Assembly: GCA_000004695.1 (NCBI GenBank)
Contig: CM000155.2
Coordinates: 3,488,001 to 3,552,000 of the forward strand
Direction of reading: 5' to 3'
Source of the DNA: Dictyostelium discoideum
Lineage: Eukaryota
DNA length: 64,000 nt
The position numbers and the translations under genes were made by a program. Below, one piece after another: positions 32,311 through 44,349 of the stretch; the first letter of the stretch is position 1, and each line of letters begins with the position of its first letter. Below the pieces are notes generated by a model. That model was not told the origin of the DNA. It worked only from the letters and a program-made list of their open reading frames with translations, and did no database searches.

Positions 32311-35300
32311 TTAAACTTCAATTGAATTAAATACAACATTAGTTGGAGTTGGAGTTGAATTAAATAAAGGACTATTTGAATTATGAGATTTTAATAAGAT
32401 TGATGTATTATTTGAGTTTGTGCTATTTACTAAATTTGAATTTACAGAGTTAACCAAGTTTGATGAAGAGAGTGATCTTGTTTTGGCAGATGATGATGAT
32501 TGTTTTTTACCCTTAATACCAATACTTTGAATGATCTCTTGAAGTGGAATTTCATGGAAATCCTTATGATTATTACTTGATGATTTTTTAAAGTCATCAA
32601 TAAATGAGGATTTACTTGAGTCACTTAATCTTTCTTGATTATTATTATTAATATTATTATTACTATTATTTAATATATTATTAATTTGATTATTTTGAAT
32701 ATTATTTGGATTATTTATACCAATATTATTAATATTTGAATTATTTATTTTATCAGTTGTGTTAATACCACCATAATTTCTTTGTGAATTTAATTTTTCC
32801 ATTTGAATTCTCTTTTTCTTTTTCTTTAACATATTATTATTTGCTTTTGCTTGATGTTGGTTGTAATCAACTCTAAAGCTACTAACATGGTCAGCCAAAT
32901 TTTTATAACCATCAGCTTGCATTAACTTAATTCTTTCACGGAGATAACGTTTCTTTTCTCTATTTCTTTGTCTAAAGAAACCGACTAGAATACAAACTAC
33001 AAAACCCATAACAATTAAAGCAGGAGCAATGATAAGGGCAGCCAATTCTGGAACGTAAAAAGTCATCAAAGAGAGAGCTAAAATAAAGATGATGGTAGCA
33101 ACGAAATTCATTAGACCACTTACCCATTTGACACGAGTTGGAGAGAATAGATAGAAACTACCAATGATCCAACAAATTGGAATAAAGAAACCGAAAACAA
33201 ACATTGTCCAAGCTGGACCAAAACCCATTAAACTACAATAGACACAAGATTCTTCGTTGTTATTGTTTGAACGTTCACTCTCTTCAGAGTGCATAAAATT
33301 GACCATATCTTGCATTCTTGTGAGAATAACATGTTTTTCACGAGAACCTTCAATTTTAACACGATCAAGATCACGATCAATCTTTACAATGTGATCTTTC
33401 TCTTTCTTTAAGGATCTACCAATTTGTTGAGTGGCACCAATATTTTCCAATAATAGTACACGATCATTTACAACCAAAAGATTTGGAACAGTGGTACCAT
33501 CTTGTAGTTTTACTTCACCAGCGACTTTAACAGCATTTGGTAGTACTTCTTTAACCTCTTGAGCCAAGAAACCTTTTTCCTTTACAGTTGTACTCTCTTG
33601 AGTGGTACCATTATTATTTGGATCATCATAACCCATCATTTTCTTACGATCATAATCATAGATTTTCAAACGATTGATTTTATCCCAATGATCAGTATTA
33701 TCAAGACGAATATTTGATTTAATTCTTTGATCTGATGGTTTAAATAATTCACCAGTTACTAAAATATTACCATTTACAGCGAGTGCTTGAGTTGGTGTAG
33801 TTGTATTAATACCAACTTTATTATTGGTATAAATAACTTCTTCCATAAATGGATTGGTATTCCATTTTGCAAATTTATTTTTTCTACTAATTGAACTATT
33901 AGTACTACTACTACCACCACTATTTGTCATAGATTGTTGAGATGGTTGTGGAGTTGATGGTATTGTTGTAGTGGTTGTAGTGGTTGTAGTTATTGGTTGT
34001 TGTTGTTGTTGTTGATGATGATGATGATTATTATTAATTTCTAAAATTGTATGGTGAGATTGTGGAGTTGTTGTATTTTGTAATAATCCATTAGCAAGGT
34101 TTAAACTATTAATCATTTGATTAGTTGATACACCGGGTATATTTTGATTAAGAAATAAACTTTGTTGAATATTTGTATTTGTTAAAGGATTATTTAAAAA
34201 GTTGAATGGATTTTGAATATCTGTTGAAGTGGTATTTGGTGTTGAAGTGGTATTTGCTATTGAAGCAGCGATTGCAGCAGCTGCTTGAGCTGCTTTTAAA
34301 TTTGATAATTGTTGTTGTTGGTGTAGTTGTTGTTGTTGAATTAAATTTGCTAAATCAAGTGTTGTTTGTGGATCATAAACCATTAAATCATCAGAATTAG
34401 TATTATTATTGTTGTTATTATTGTTGATTGTTGAGTTGGTATTAATATTATTTAAGATATTATTGGAATCAATATCAACCATCATAGTTTGACCTAATAT
34501 TAATGGATCTTGCAATAAATTTGAAAAAGTTAATGGATCAATGGTTGTAAGATCACATGGACCATTAAAAATTGAAGTATTATTTCCATCAAGTGTTGTT
34601 GTTATTGAAGGAGCAGTTAAAGTTGGTGATGGTGTTTTTGGTAATGGTGTTGTAGTTGGTATAGTTGAAGTAGTAGTTTCATTAGTTGTTGTTGTTGTTG
34701 TAGTTGGTGTTGGTGTTGGTGTAGTAGTAGTTGTTGTAGTAGTTGTTGTAGTAGTTGGAGATTGATCATCATCAGAATTATCAGAATTTGAAGTATTTAG
34801 AAATGTTTTCATATGTTTATTTGCACTTCCATTTCCATAACCACCATTTGAAGAACTACCACTGCTTCCATTATTACCCATACCACCACCCATACCTCCA
34901 CCCATACCTCCACTACCACTACCACCACCACCTTTACCACCATTTGGAGATGAGTTTGGATCTTTTTTTAAAGATTTATCATGATTTAAGAAACGACCAG
35001 GATTTTGACCACGAACAATCATTGGTGGTGAAATTTTAGATTGAATTGGATAAAATTGTGGGGTGGTGAAATTTTGATTTTCAAAGTTTTTATCAATGAC
35101 AGCATTTAAAGTGATAACGACTCTAAAGAATTGTTGATTTGGATTTGGTTGATCGGGATGAACTCTGGCATTGTTTGAAGTTGCTGAACCAAATTGTAAC
35201 TTATTCCAACAACCTCTACCCTTTACAACTGGTGAAGGCTCAACGGTTAAACGATCTTTTTTACCGGTGGCACCACCCAATTGATGAATTGGTACACGAT

Positions 35301-35398
35301 CATTTTGATCATTACTTGATTGGATATTATTAGCATCGGTAAACTTTAAAACATACAAAGTAAAGAATAAACCATTAACCTCGGATAAATCACCATTA

Positions 35399-35447
<49 letters not shown>

Positions 35448-35661
35448 TTACAAAGATTGTGTTATTTCTATCGAGATTACTCCATGATTCTAAACTACCA
35501 ATTAAATCACAATCAACTTGAAATCTATTTTGTCTATAAAGAATCCATGCACTATCTAATTCTGAATATTGTATATTTTTATCCGTTCTTTTAACTTTAA
35601 ATGAAAATGATCCTGACCTAAAAATTTTAAAATAAAATGAAAAATCTTAATAAAATGAAAA

Positions 35662-35692
<31 letters not shown>

Positions 35693-35977
35693 ACTTACAT
35701 TTCAGATTTTGAATAACTAAATAATTGGAAATATTTTGATGGTGGTGTATAATCTTCCCATTCATCTTTTGAAAATGTTTGTTCGTAATCTCTTTTCAAT
35801 TTCTTTGGGATAGATGTAGATGTAGTCGATGTTAATTGTGTTACCTTATTAAATGCATCAATATGTGACATTGGATGATTATTATTATTATTACTATTAT
35901 TGCCATTGTTACCATTATTGTTAGTATTGCTATTATTATTACTATTATTACTATTATTATTATTATTGTTGTTGTTG

Positions 35978-36015
<38 letters not shown>

Positions 36016-36411
36016 GTTATGAGTATTATGGTGAGCATGATTATTATGATGACTATGATGAGCATGGTTGTAATTATTATGATTGCCACCAAAGTTGTTT
36101 GATGGTGACATTGGTGACAAATGTGAGGCAGGTGATTGTAATGGTGACACTTGAACAGGTGGTGATGATACTATTGATGCCATTGATGTCGAAGATGGTG
36201 GTGATGGTGATGATATATCACTTGATGGTGTGACATATGATGAACCATGATTATTATTATTATTATTATTACTATTACCGTGGATGTTGTTATTGTTACT
36301 ATTGTTGTTGTTGTTATTATTGTTGTTGTTGTGGTTGTTGTTATTATTATGGTTGCTGTTGCTATTGTTGGTATTGTTGCTGTTACTGTTGTTACTATTA
36401 TTATTATTATT

Positions 36412-36447
<36 letters not shown>

Positions 36448-36502
36448 ATTATTGTTGTTACTATTATTATTATTATTATTATTACTATTATTATTATTAT
36501 TA

Positions 36503-36534
<32 letters not shown>

Positions 36535-37386
36535 GTTATTGTTATTGTTATTGTTATTACTTTGAGAAGTATTATTTATATTGTTACCACTATGATTTGA
36601 TAGATATTGATGTGGATGTTGAATATCAGCATATAAATTATTGAATAAATTATCGTAACTGTATGATAAGGGTTGTCCATTACTACCACCATTTTGATGA
36701 TTTCCACTATTATGATGACTATGATTATGATGATGATGACTATTATTACCACCACTACTACCTATATTATTATTATTGTTATTGTTGTTGAGATTATTTC
36801 CAACATGAAATGTATTATTACCATTTTCATTATTTCCATTATGATAATTATTATTACCACTTACAACTTGAACATTTGTTGAGTTTAATATATTATTAAA
36901 AGAACTGGTTAATAGATTTGAACAGCCATTAGAGTTGGATAACTTTGAATTTGAACCAGCATTTGAACTAGAGTTTGAATTATCATTTGTTATATCACTC
37001 ATATTTTTATTAAATTTTAAACTATTACCACTGTTACTTAAATTCGTAAAATTAATATTATTATTATTGTTGTTGTTGTTGTTGTGGTGGTTGTTGTTGT
37101 TGTTGTTGTTGTTGTTGTTAATATTATTATTGTTGTTTAAATAATTTCCACTATTATTTAAAGATTTTGGTTTTGGTGGTAAAAATTTTGAATTGTAAAA
37201 ATCTATATTATTGTTATTATTGTTGTTATTATTTCTACTTGAAGTAGGAGTTGATGGTGTTGATGTATTTGGAGTTGTTGGTGGTGTATTTAATTGTTGA
37301 AAGTCTAAATTATGTACATGTTTTTATTATTTATTTTTTTTATTATTATTTTTTTTTTTTTATTTTATTAGTAATTTTTTCAAAGA

Positions 37387-37422
<36 letters not shown>

Positions 37423-37547
37423 CCCATAAAACCCAATAAAAAAAAAAAAAAAAAATTAAAGAGGAAAAAAATATATACTATTAAATAATTGTTGTTGTCT
37501 TATAACCAAAGGTGGAGATTCTACAATATTAATATTATTATTATTGT

Positions 37548-37580
<33 letters not shown>

Positions 37581-37707
37581 GTGAATTATTATTATTTTCA
37601 GTTCCAAAATTAATATTTGTAATGTTATTATTTGTATTATTATTATTATTATTGTTTGTGCCTTGTTGGTTAATTAAAGAGTTTGTCGAAAATTCATTTT
37701 CATTCAT
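32311..37707 (-). CDS. mrfA: Membrane-tethered transcription factor of the MYRF/MrfA type: N/Q-rich N-terminus, NDT80/PhoG DNA-binding domain, peptidase S74 (intramolecular chaperone auto-processing) domain, TM helices and a C-terminal region. Three exons on the minus strand: 37707..37479, 37304..35699 and 35617..32311. About 1713 aa.
   Basis: NDT80 domain spans the exon 2/3 junction: KSEM-SGSFSFKVKRTDKNIQYSELDSAWILYRQNRFQVDCDLIG...GRGCWNKLQFGSATSNNARVHPDQPNPNQQFFRVVITLNAVIDKNF...FYPIQSKISPPMIVRGQNPGRF. The S74 domain reads NKVGINTTTPTQALAVNGNILVTGELFKPSDQRIKSNIRLDNTDHWDKINRLKIYDYDRKK...GFLAQEVKEVLPNAVKVAGEVKLQDGTTVPNLLVVNDRVLLLENIG. TM segments are GFGPAWTMFVFGFFIPICWIIGSFYLF and LIIAPALIVMGFVVCILVGFF. 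Donors are GTATAT at 37478 and GTAAGT at 35698, with acceptors TTTAG at 37305 and TTTTTAG at 35618. The symbol is assigned by architecture only. Confidence 0.78.
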
Positions 37708-38603
37708 CCTCGTTTGGTACGTTGCAAAAAATTAAAAAAAAAAAAAATATAATTAAAAAAAAAAAAAAAAAAAAAAAAAATTAAATAATTTAATGAGTTA
37801 TTATTTTTATTATTGCTAAATTCTCAGTGAATCCCCTATATAACCCAACAATTTTAAAAAGTAAAAAAAAAACGTTAGTAAAGGACTAAAATTGTGAGGT
37901 TTTTTTTAGTGCGGGTTACAACTGTAACCTATTGAAAAGAAAATAATTTTAATAGTTTTGCCTTTTTTTTTTGAATTTATTTTTTTTTAATTTAAATTTA
38001 ATTTTTTTTTTTAAAATTTTTTTTTTTTTTAAAAAAAACCAGAAAAAATATCTTTGTTATGGTGTTTAATTTCGATTAAAAGACAAAATATGATGTTTAT
38101 CTTAAAAAAAAAAGAAAAAAAAAAAATGAAATTAAAAATAAAAATAAAAAAAAATTAAAAAAAAAATAAATTAAATTAAAAAAGGGTGAAAACAAAGGGT
38201 TAAACATGATGGTACCTTTTATGTAATGGTTATTTTTATTTTTATTTTTATTTTTTTTTTATTTTTATTTATACTTTTTTGTTTTTTTTTCAATTGTTTT
38301 TTATTATTTTTTGATTGGTGTTTATTTTTGGATTTTTTATGAAAATTAAAAAAAAAAAAAAAAAAAAAAAGGGCAAAATAATTTAGTAATGTCCTAAAAA
38401 AAAAAAAAAAAAAAAAAAAACCAAAAAACTTGGAAAGTTTGAAATACCTTTATTTATTATTTTTAAATTAATAATTAAACAAATAAAATAAAAAAAAAAA
38501 AAATTTAAAAAGAATTATTTTTTTTTCTTTTATTTTTTAAAAAAAATTAATAATAAACGATAACAGGATGATTATATGTATTTAATTAATATTTGTTAAT
38601 TTC

Positions 38604-38645
<42 letters not shown>

Positions 38646-38921
38646 AAGAAAATTGGATAGGACACTGGAGTTTTTACACTTGTGGGGTGTTTAAGTGTGA
38701 GTGTGTGTGTGAGATATTGGTGTTGTTCGAAACCTTATCACCACTTGATAAATAATAATAAACATGTTGGGTGGGTTTTTTTTTTTTTTTTTAATTATTT
38801 TTATTTTTATTATTATTATTATTTAATTTTGACACTTTAGGATTCTCTTGGAGAGAAGCTCTTTAACTTGTTTTTGTTGTCTAAATTATTTCAATGTGGG
38901 TGAGAATTTTGGGTGTTGTTG

Positions 38922-38972
<51 letters not shown>

Positions 38973-40379
38973 TGACATATGTGTGGATTTATTATCTTAT
39001 GATCTTTATTAAGCCCAAAATTTTTTTTTTAACTGAAAGCATTATATATGTGTATATTTATATATAATATGTATGTAAATATTTAAAATTATTTACAAGT
39101 AAATAAAGCAAAATTAAAAACACCAAAATAAATTATTTATTATGTGTATAAAATAAAAAAATATTGTTTATTATTACAATTTTGTCTTAGAAAGCTAGGT
39201 TGTGAGACCTTTTTTGGGATTTTGTTTGTGTGCAAGTGGGGAAGGTGGTTATAATGGTGTTTTTTTATTTTATTTTAATTTTTTTGTATTTGGGGTGGTA
39301 TTATTTGAATTTTGTTTTATTTATTTTTGTAGTTTAATTAAATTTTATATATCAAAAATATTTTTATTGTTTTTATGGTTTTTTTTATATTTTTTATATT
39401 TATTATTATTATTTTTATTATTATTATTATTATTATTATTGTTTTTTTTTTTTTTTTAATTTTGGAAATTAATTAAATGATATTAAAATTAAATAAAAAA
39501 ATAATATATATATAATTTTTTATTTTTTTTTTATTTTTTTATTTTATTTTATTTTTTTATTCCTAAATAAACAAAAAGGCTATCGAATTAATCTCCAATC
39601 TATCCATTAATTTTGGAATACATAAATATTTTAAATAATTTAAAAAATAATAAAAAAACAAGGGAAATTAATCTAGATTAACAATAATTAAAAATGACAA
39701 TTGTTGATGTAATGATGACCTGATGATTTGAGTTCTATATTTTTATTTCCATATCAATCAAAGAAAATTAAATTTAATGTAAATTGAATGTTACCTTTTA
39801 TTTAAATTATTCTTTTTTTTATTTTTTTTTATTTTTTTTTAATTTTTTATTTTATTTTTTTCTTTTTCTTTTAATATTATAAAACACCAGGTGTTTGTTG
39901 GTTTTTTTAGTATTGCAAGTGAAATGATTTTATGATTTTTACTATTTTTATTTTTTTTTTTGATTATTTTTGAATTTATTTGTATTTTAAATAATAATAA
40001 AAACTAAAAAAAAAAAAAAAATAAAAAAAATAAATACCAAAAAGAAAAAACAAAAAAACTATGATTGTTTATTTTTATCTTCTTTTAATTTTTGGTGAAA
40101 AATGAGAAAAAAAAAAAAAAAAAAAAAAATTTAAATTTTACCCAAAAAATGGGGAAAAAAAAAAAAAAAAAAAAAAGAATTTTAAAATCTATTGAGAAAA
40201 TGAATACAGAATATGTTTGTTGGATCATTAAACTTTAATAAAATTTTTTTTTTTTTCTTTGTTTTAAATCTTTAAAAAAAAAAAAAAAATGTTTGGAATA
40301 TAATCCATCTTTTACACTTACCTTTTTTTATTTTATTATTTAGTATTTTTTTTGATTAATTGCAAGGTTGGAAAATTTG

Positions 40380-40412
<33 letters not shown>

Positions 40413-40491
40413 AAGTGTCAAAAAAAAAATTATTATAAAAATAAAAATAAAAATTTATTAAAAGAGTCTGGGTAATAATTTAATCGGGGGG

Positions 40492-40529
<38 letters not shown>

Positions 40530-40673
40530 GGGGGGTTTTTTGGAAAAAAAATTAAAAAACCCCAAAAAAAAAAAAAAAATTAAAAAAACCCAAAAAAAAA
40601 TTTTAAAATTAAAAATTAAAATTAAAAATGGAATTTAAAATAAAAAAAAAACCCCTAAAGTAATTATTTTTTT

Positions 40674-40718
<45 letters not shown>

Positions 40719-40887
40719 ATAAAAAGAATTGATTGAAAATTTGTGGATTATAAAAATAGTTTTCCAAAAAAAAAAAATAAAAAAAAAAGAAAAAGAAAAA
40801 AACATAAAATTTATTTAATAAATATTTATTTTTATTTTTAATTTTTAAATTTTTTTTTTTTTTTATTTTTTTTATTTTTTTATTTAT

Positions 40888-43800
40888 TTATAAAGAATCT
40901 TTAATTTTTTTAATTGCGTCAGCAATTTTTTTATTTCTATCTTTAATTTCTTTTGAAGTTGTGAAACCTTTAGATTCTTCTTTATATTTATTTAAAATAT
41001 TTAATAGTTGAGGAATATTTGTAATTAGATTGTAATGTTTTGCTTTTATTTTTGGATCAACGAAATCCTCAGGATTATCAGAGAGTAAAAAGTTTGTAAG
41101 TTGACGTAATTCTACAAAGTAACCAACCATATTTCTACTGGTGGTAGTTGTTCTTTCCTTTTCATTTGCTTTCTCTTTGACGTAAGTTTCAATATATTTC
41201 AAATCAGCATCAAAAGATTTCACACCTTGAAGATTTAATTTCTTTAATTGATCATCATATATCAAAGAGAATAAAGACTCTGAAATATTTTTAAAAGCTT
41301 TGGTAATGAATTCCTCTTTTAAATTTTGAGAGAGTGGAGAAATGAAAGGAAGTGTTACCTCTAAGAAAGTACAAACATCAATTATATAATCTCTTGGACG
41401 ATCATCTATTGCATTTTGAGGGAACCATTCAATATTTGCAGCTGATGACATTAGATCTTCAATCTTTTGTTCACAAAGTTTAATAATTAATTTTTCACCA
41501 TGACTCTTTGTAGTGTAAAGTAAGTTTTGAGAATTTAAAATAACTTTATTAGTTTCATTGACAATCGATTGATTCTTTTGATAATCTTCACCTAAAATTA
41601 AACTATTTAAATAATCTTTAAAGAATGAACAACCTGATATTAAATGTTGTAAATTAATAACTAATTGAATTACTTGTGGTACAGCTTGACTTTGAGTTAA
41701 ATAACTATATAAAACTTCATTGATTTTTTTAATCAATGTATCTGTTGATCTAATTATAAAATTTTCATTCTCTGTTAATTGATCTGAAAATTCATAAAAT
41801 TCTGATATAAATTTTTTAATTAATGTATAAAATTGTGGTACCATTTTTGAAAATAAAAATGATTTTGGTAATCTTTTTAAAAAAATAAAAAAAAAAATTA
41901 ATTATTAGTATTAATATATTAAAAGTTTTTTTTTTAAATTGTTTTTTTTTTTTTTTTTTTACCTTTTTGAAATTTTATCATCTTCATTTTCATCTTCATC
42001 AAAATAATCATCATCATCATCATTATTATTATTATTATTTAAATTTTTATCACCAAATTGAAATTGATTATTATTTAAAGAATTTTGTAATTGTCTTAAT
42101 TGTTGTCTTTCTAAAATATCTAATTTATTTGCTAAAATGAGTGATTTATATTCTTCTAAAGACTCAATGATTAAAGAACAATGTGAATCACGTTCTAAAA
42201 TGATTGTAAATCTTTCAACAGCTTCTTTAATTGAGAATTGACAATATTTCTCTTTCATTGTATCCAAGAAATAATAGAGTGGTTGTACATGATAGGAATA
42301 GAATGACATTGTATTGGTAAAGATTAAAACAAACTTTTTAAATGCAATTAAAGGTTGAGTATCAACACAATGAGTGAATAATTCTTGAAGTACAGAGGTA
42401 ACCTTAACCAAAGCGGAATTCCAACTATCGTTAATGGTTGTTTTTGATAGAAAAGGCTCAGTACTATCGATAACTTTACTTTCTACCATGAAATAACCAA
42501 GAATTTGTTGAAGGAATAATTCCCAAACTTGACCACTCTCTTTTGGTTGAATTACCAATTGGAATTGTAAAAGTCTATTCAATGTATAATAAGCTTGAAA
42601 TTCCTCAAGTTGACCTATACTTGCATGAATGAAAAGACATTGATAAAGTGGATGAAATTGAATATCCGATTCATCAAATGGTGAGAATTGATTGATATCC
42701 TCCTTTAGATCCTTTTCATTGATTTGTTTATTGAAACCAAATGAAGATGGTGTTTTTCCAGAATTTGGTGAATAAATTGGTGCAGTGACAGGTGAATTTA
42801 ATGTTGGATAAAGAGCCAATGAACCAATACTACTAGAGTTTATAATTGGTGGTATATCCAATATTTTATCCCAAATTTGTTCATTCTCACCAAAGGTGGT
42901 CTTGATTTTCAATGGATTGATTTCACGTTCTTTCAAAAGTTTCTTTGAAGTTTGAATCATACCCAATTTACCAATGACAGCGGATTTCTCTTTAATTTCA
43001 ACCATCCATTGATTGAATTCATCTTTTACCAATTTTTTAATCTTTTCCTTCAATACTGGTATATTATAATCCATATTTCTTGCAAATTGAAAATCCGATA
43101 ATTTCTTTAAATAAACGTTATGTAATTGATCCATGTTTTTAATGGCTTGATAGTATTTCTTTTGTTGTACATATTCATCGACTTTCATACCTAAAAGTAT
43201 GGCATATTGACAATTGTTTAAAACTTCTTTTGTTCTCTTTATATTATCTTTGATTTGTTTATAAGCAAATAATTCCTCTGCTTTTGTAACATATTTTCTA
43301 CCAATCTCTTGAAGTTCATAATTTAAATTGATTACATCTTGTTTTAAATCTAAATTCTCACCTTTTAAACCAAGGAATGCAGTTACTGAATTAATGAAAC
43401 CTTCATGATTTTCACCACAAATCTTTTCAATATCTAAATCTTTTTGAGCGATATATGCATTCAATATCTTTATGACTTCTTTTTCTTTATTATTTTCAAA
43501 TACTGATTTAATTGCTGGTCCTAAATGATCGGTATCTGATACTGCAATTAAAAAACTCTCTGAACTAAAGATTTCACTCTCTGTTATCAATGGTTTCGCT
43601 TGATCATCTTGTGAGGAATGAGGTAATGATGATGATCTATCTTGAGAACTTAAACTATAGATACCTTGTTTTTCACCAACTTCTTTCTCCAAATGTCTAG
43701 TTTGCATTGGTTGTCCACTACTTGATAATCCATTTGAATCTATTGATGCTGATAAACCGCCACCACCACCATTACTATCATTACCATAGGAATCAAATTC

Positions 43801-44055
43801 TTGAGCACCACTATGTGTACTTGAATCACTTGTAATTGATCCTGATCTACCTGCTTTTCCAATCTTTTTCAACTCTTTTTTCTCTTTTTTTTTCTCTTTT
43901 TTAACATTTTCTGCTTCTTTTTTCTCTAATCTCTTTTTCTCTTTTTTCTCTCTCTTTTCTTCTTTTTGTTCTTTATCTTTATCTCTAACCATTGTTTTTA
44001 AAATAACACTACCACCAGCAGTGTTAATTTCTTCTTTTTGTTTTTTGTTACTCAT
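40888..44055 (-). CDS. exoc6: Exocyst complex component Sec15 (EXOC6) with a K/E-rich N-terminal extension. Two exons: 44055..41963 and 41872..40888. Phase-2 intron 41962..41873. About 1025 aa.
   Basis: Sec15 N-terminal signature TDHLGPAIKSVFENNKEKEVIKILNAYIAQKDLDIEKICGENHEGFINSVTAFLGLK, then helical bundle domains through ...VDTQPLIAFKKFVLIFTNTMSFYSYHVQPLYYFLDTMKEKYCQFSIKEAVERFTIILERDSHCSL. Exon 2 continues LPKSFLFSKMVPQFYTLIKK...LPFISPLSQNLKEEFITKAFKNISESLFSLIYDD. The donor is AG|GTAAAAA at 41962; the acceptor at 41873 keeps the codon AGA. The symbol follows the metazoan/dictyBase naming convention and is tentative. Confidence 0.78.
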
Positions 44056-44349
44056 TTTTTATTGATTTTTTTTTTTTTTTTTAAAAAAGATAAAAAAAAA
44101 AAAAAAAAGAGAATTAGTTATACATATATAAAAAAGAAAAAAAGAAAAAAAAAAAAAAAAAATCAAAAAAATTAAAAAAAAAGAAAAAAAAAAAAAAGAA
44201 ATGGATTTAAATTAAAAAAAATAAAATTTGCATTTTTTTTTTTTTATTTTTTTTTTTTATTTTTCACTTTTTTTTTATTTTTTCAATTTTTATTTCCATT
44301 TTCATGTTCACACTTTTTTTTTTTTTAAAATTATATAAATAGAAAAACA

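Noticed and set aside
39202-39459. 85-aa plus-strand ORF (MRPFLGFCLCASGEGGYNG...) in the mrfA-exoc6 desert
   Set aside because: The composition is driven by T-runs (poly-F/L), with no start context or domain. It is retained only as part of the possible ncRNA/complex-island observation.
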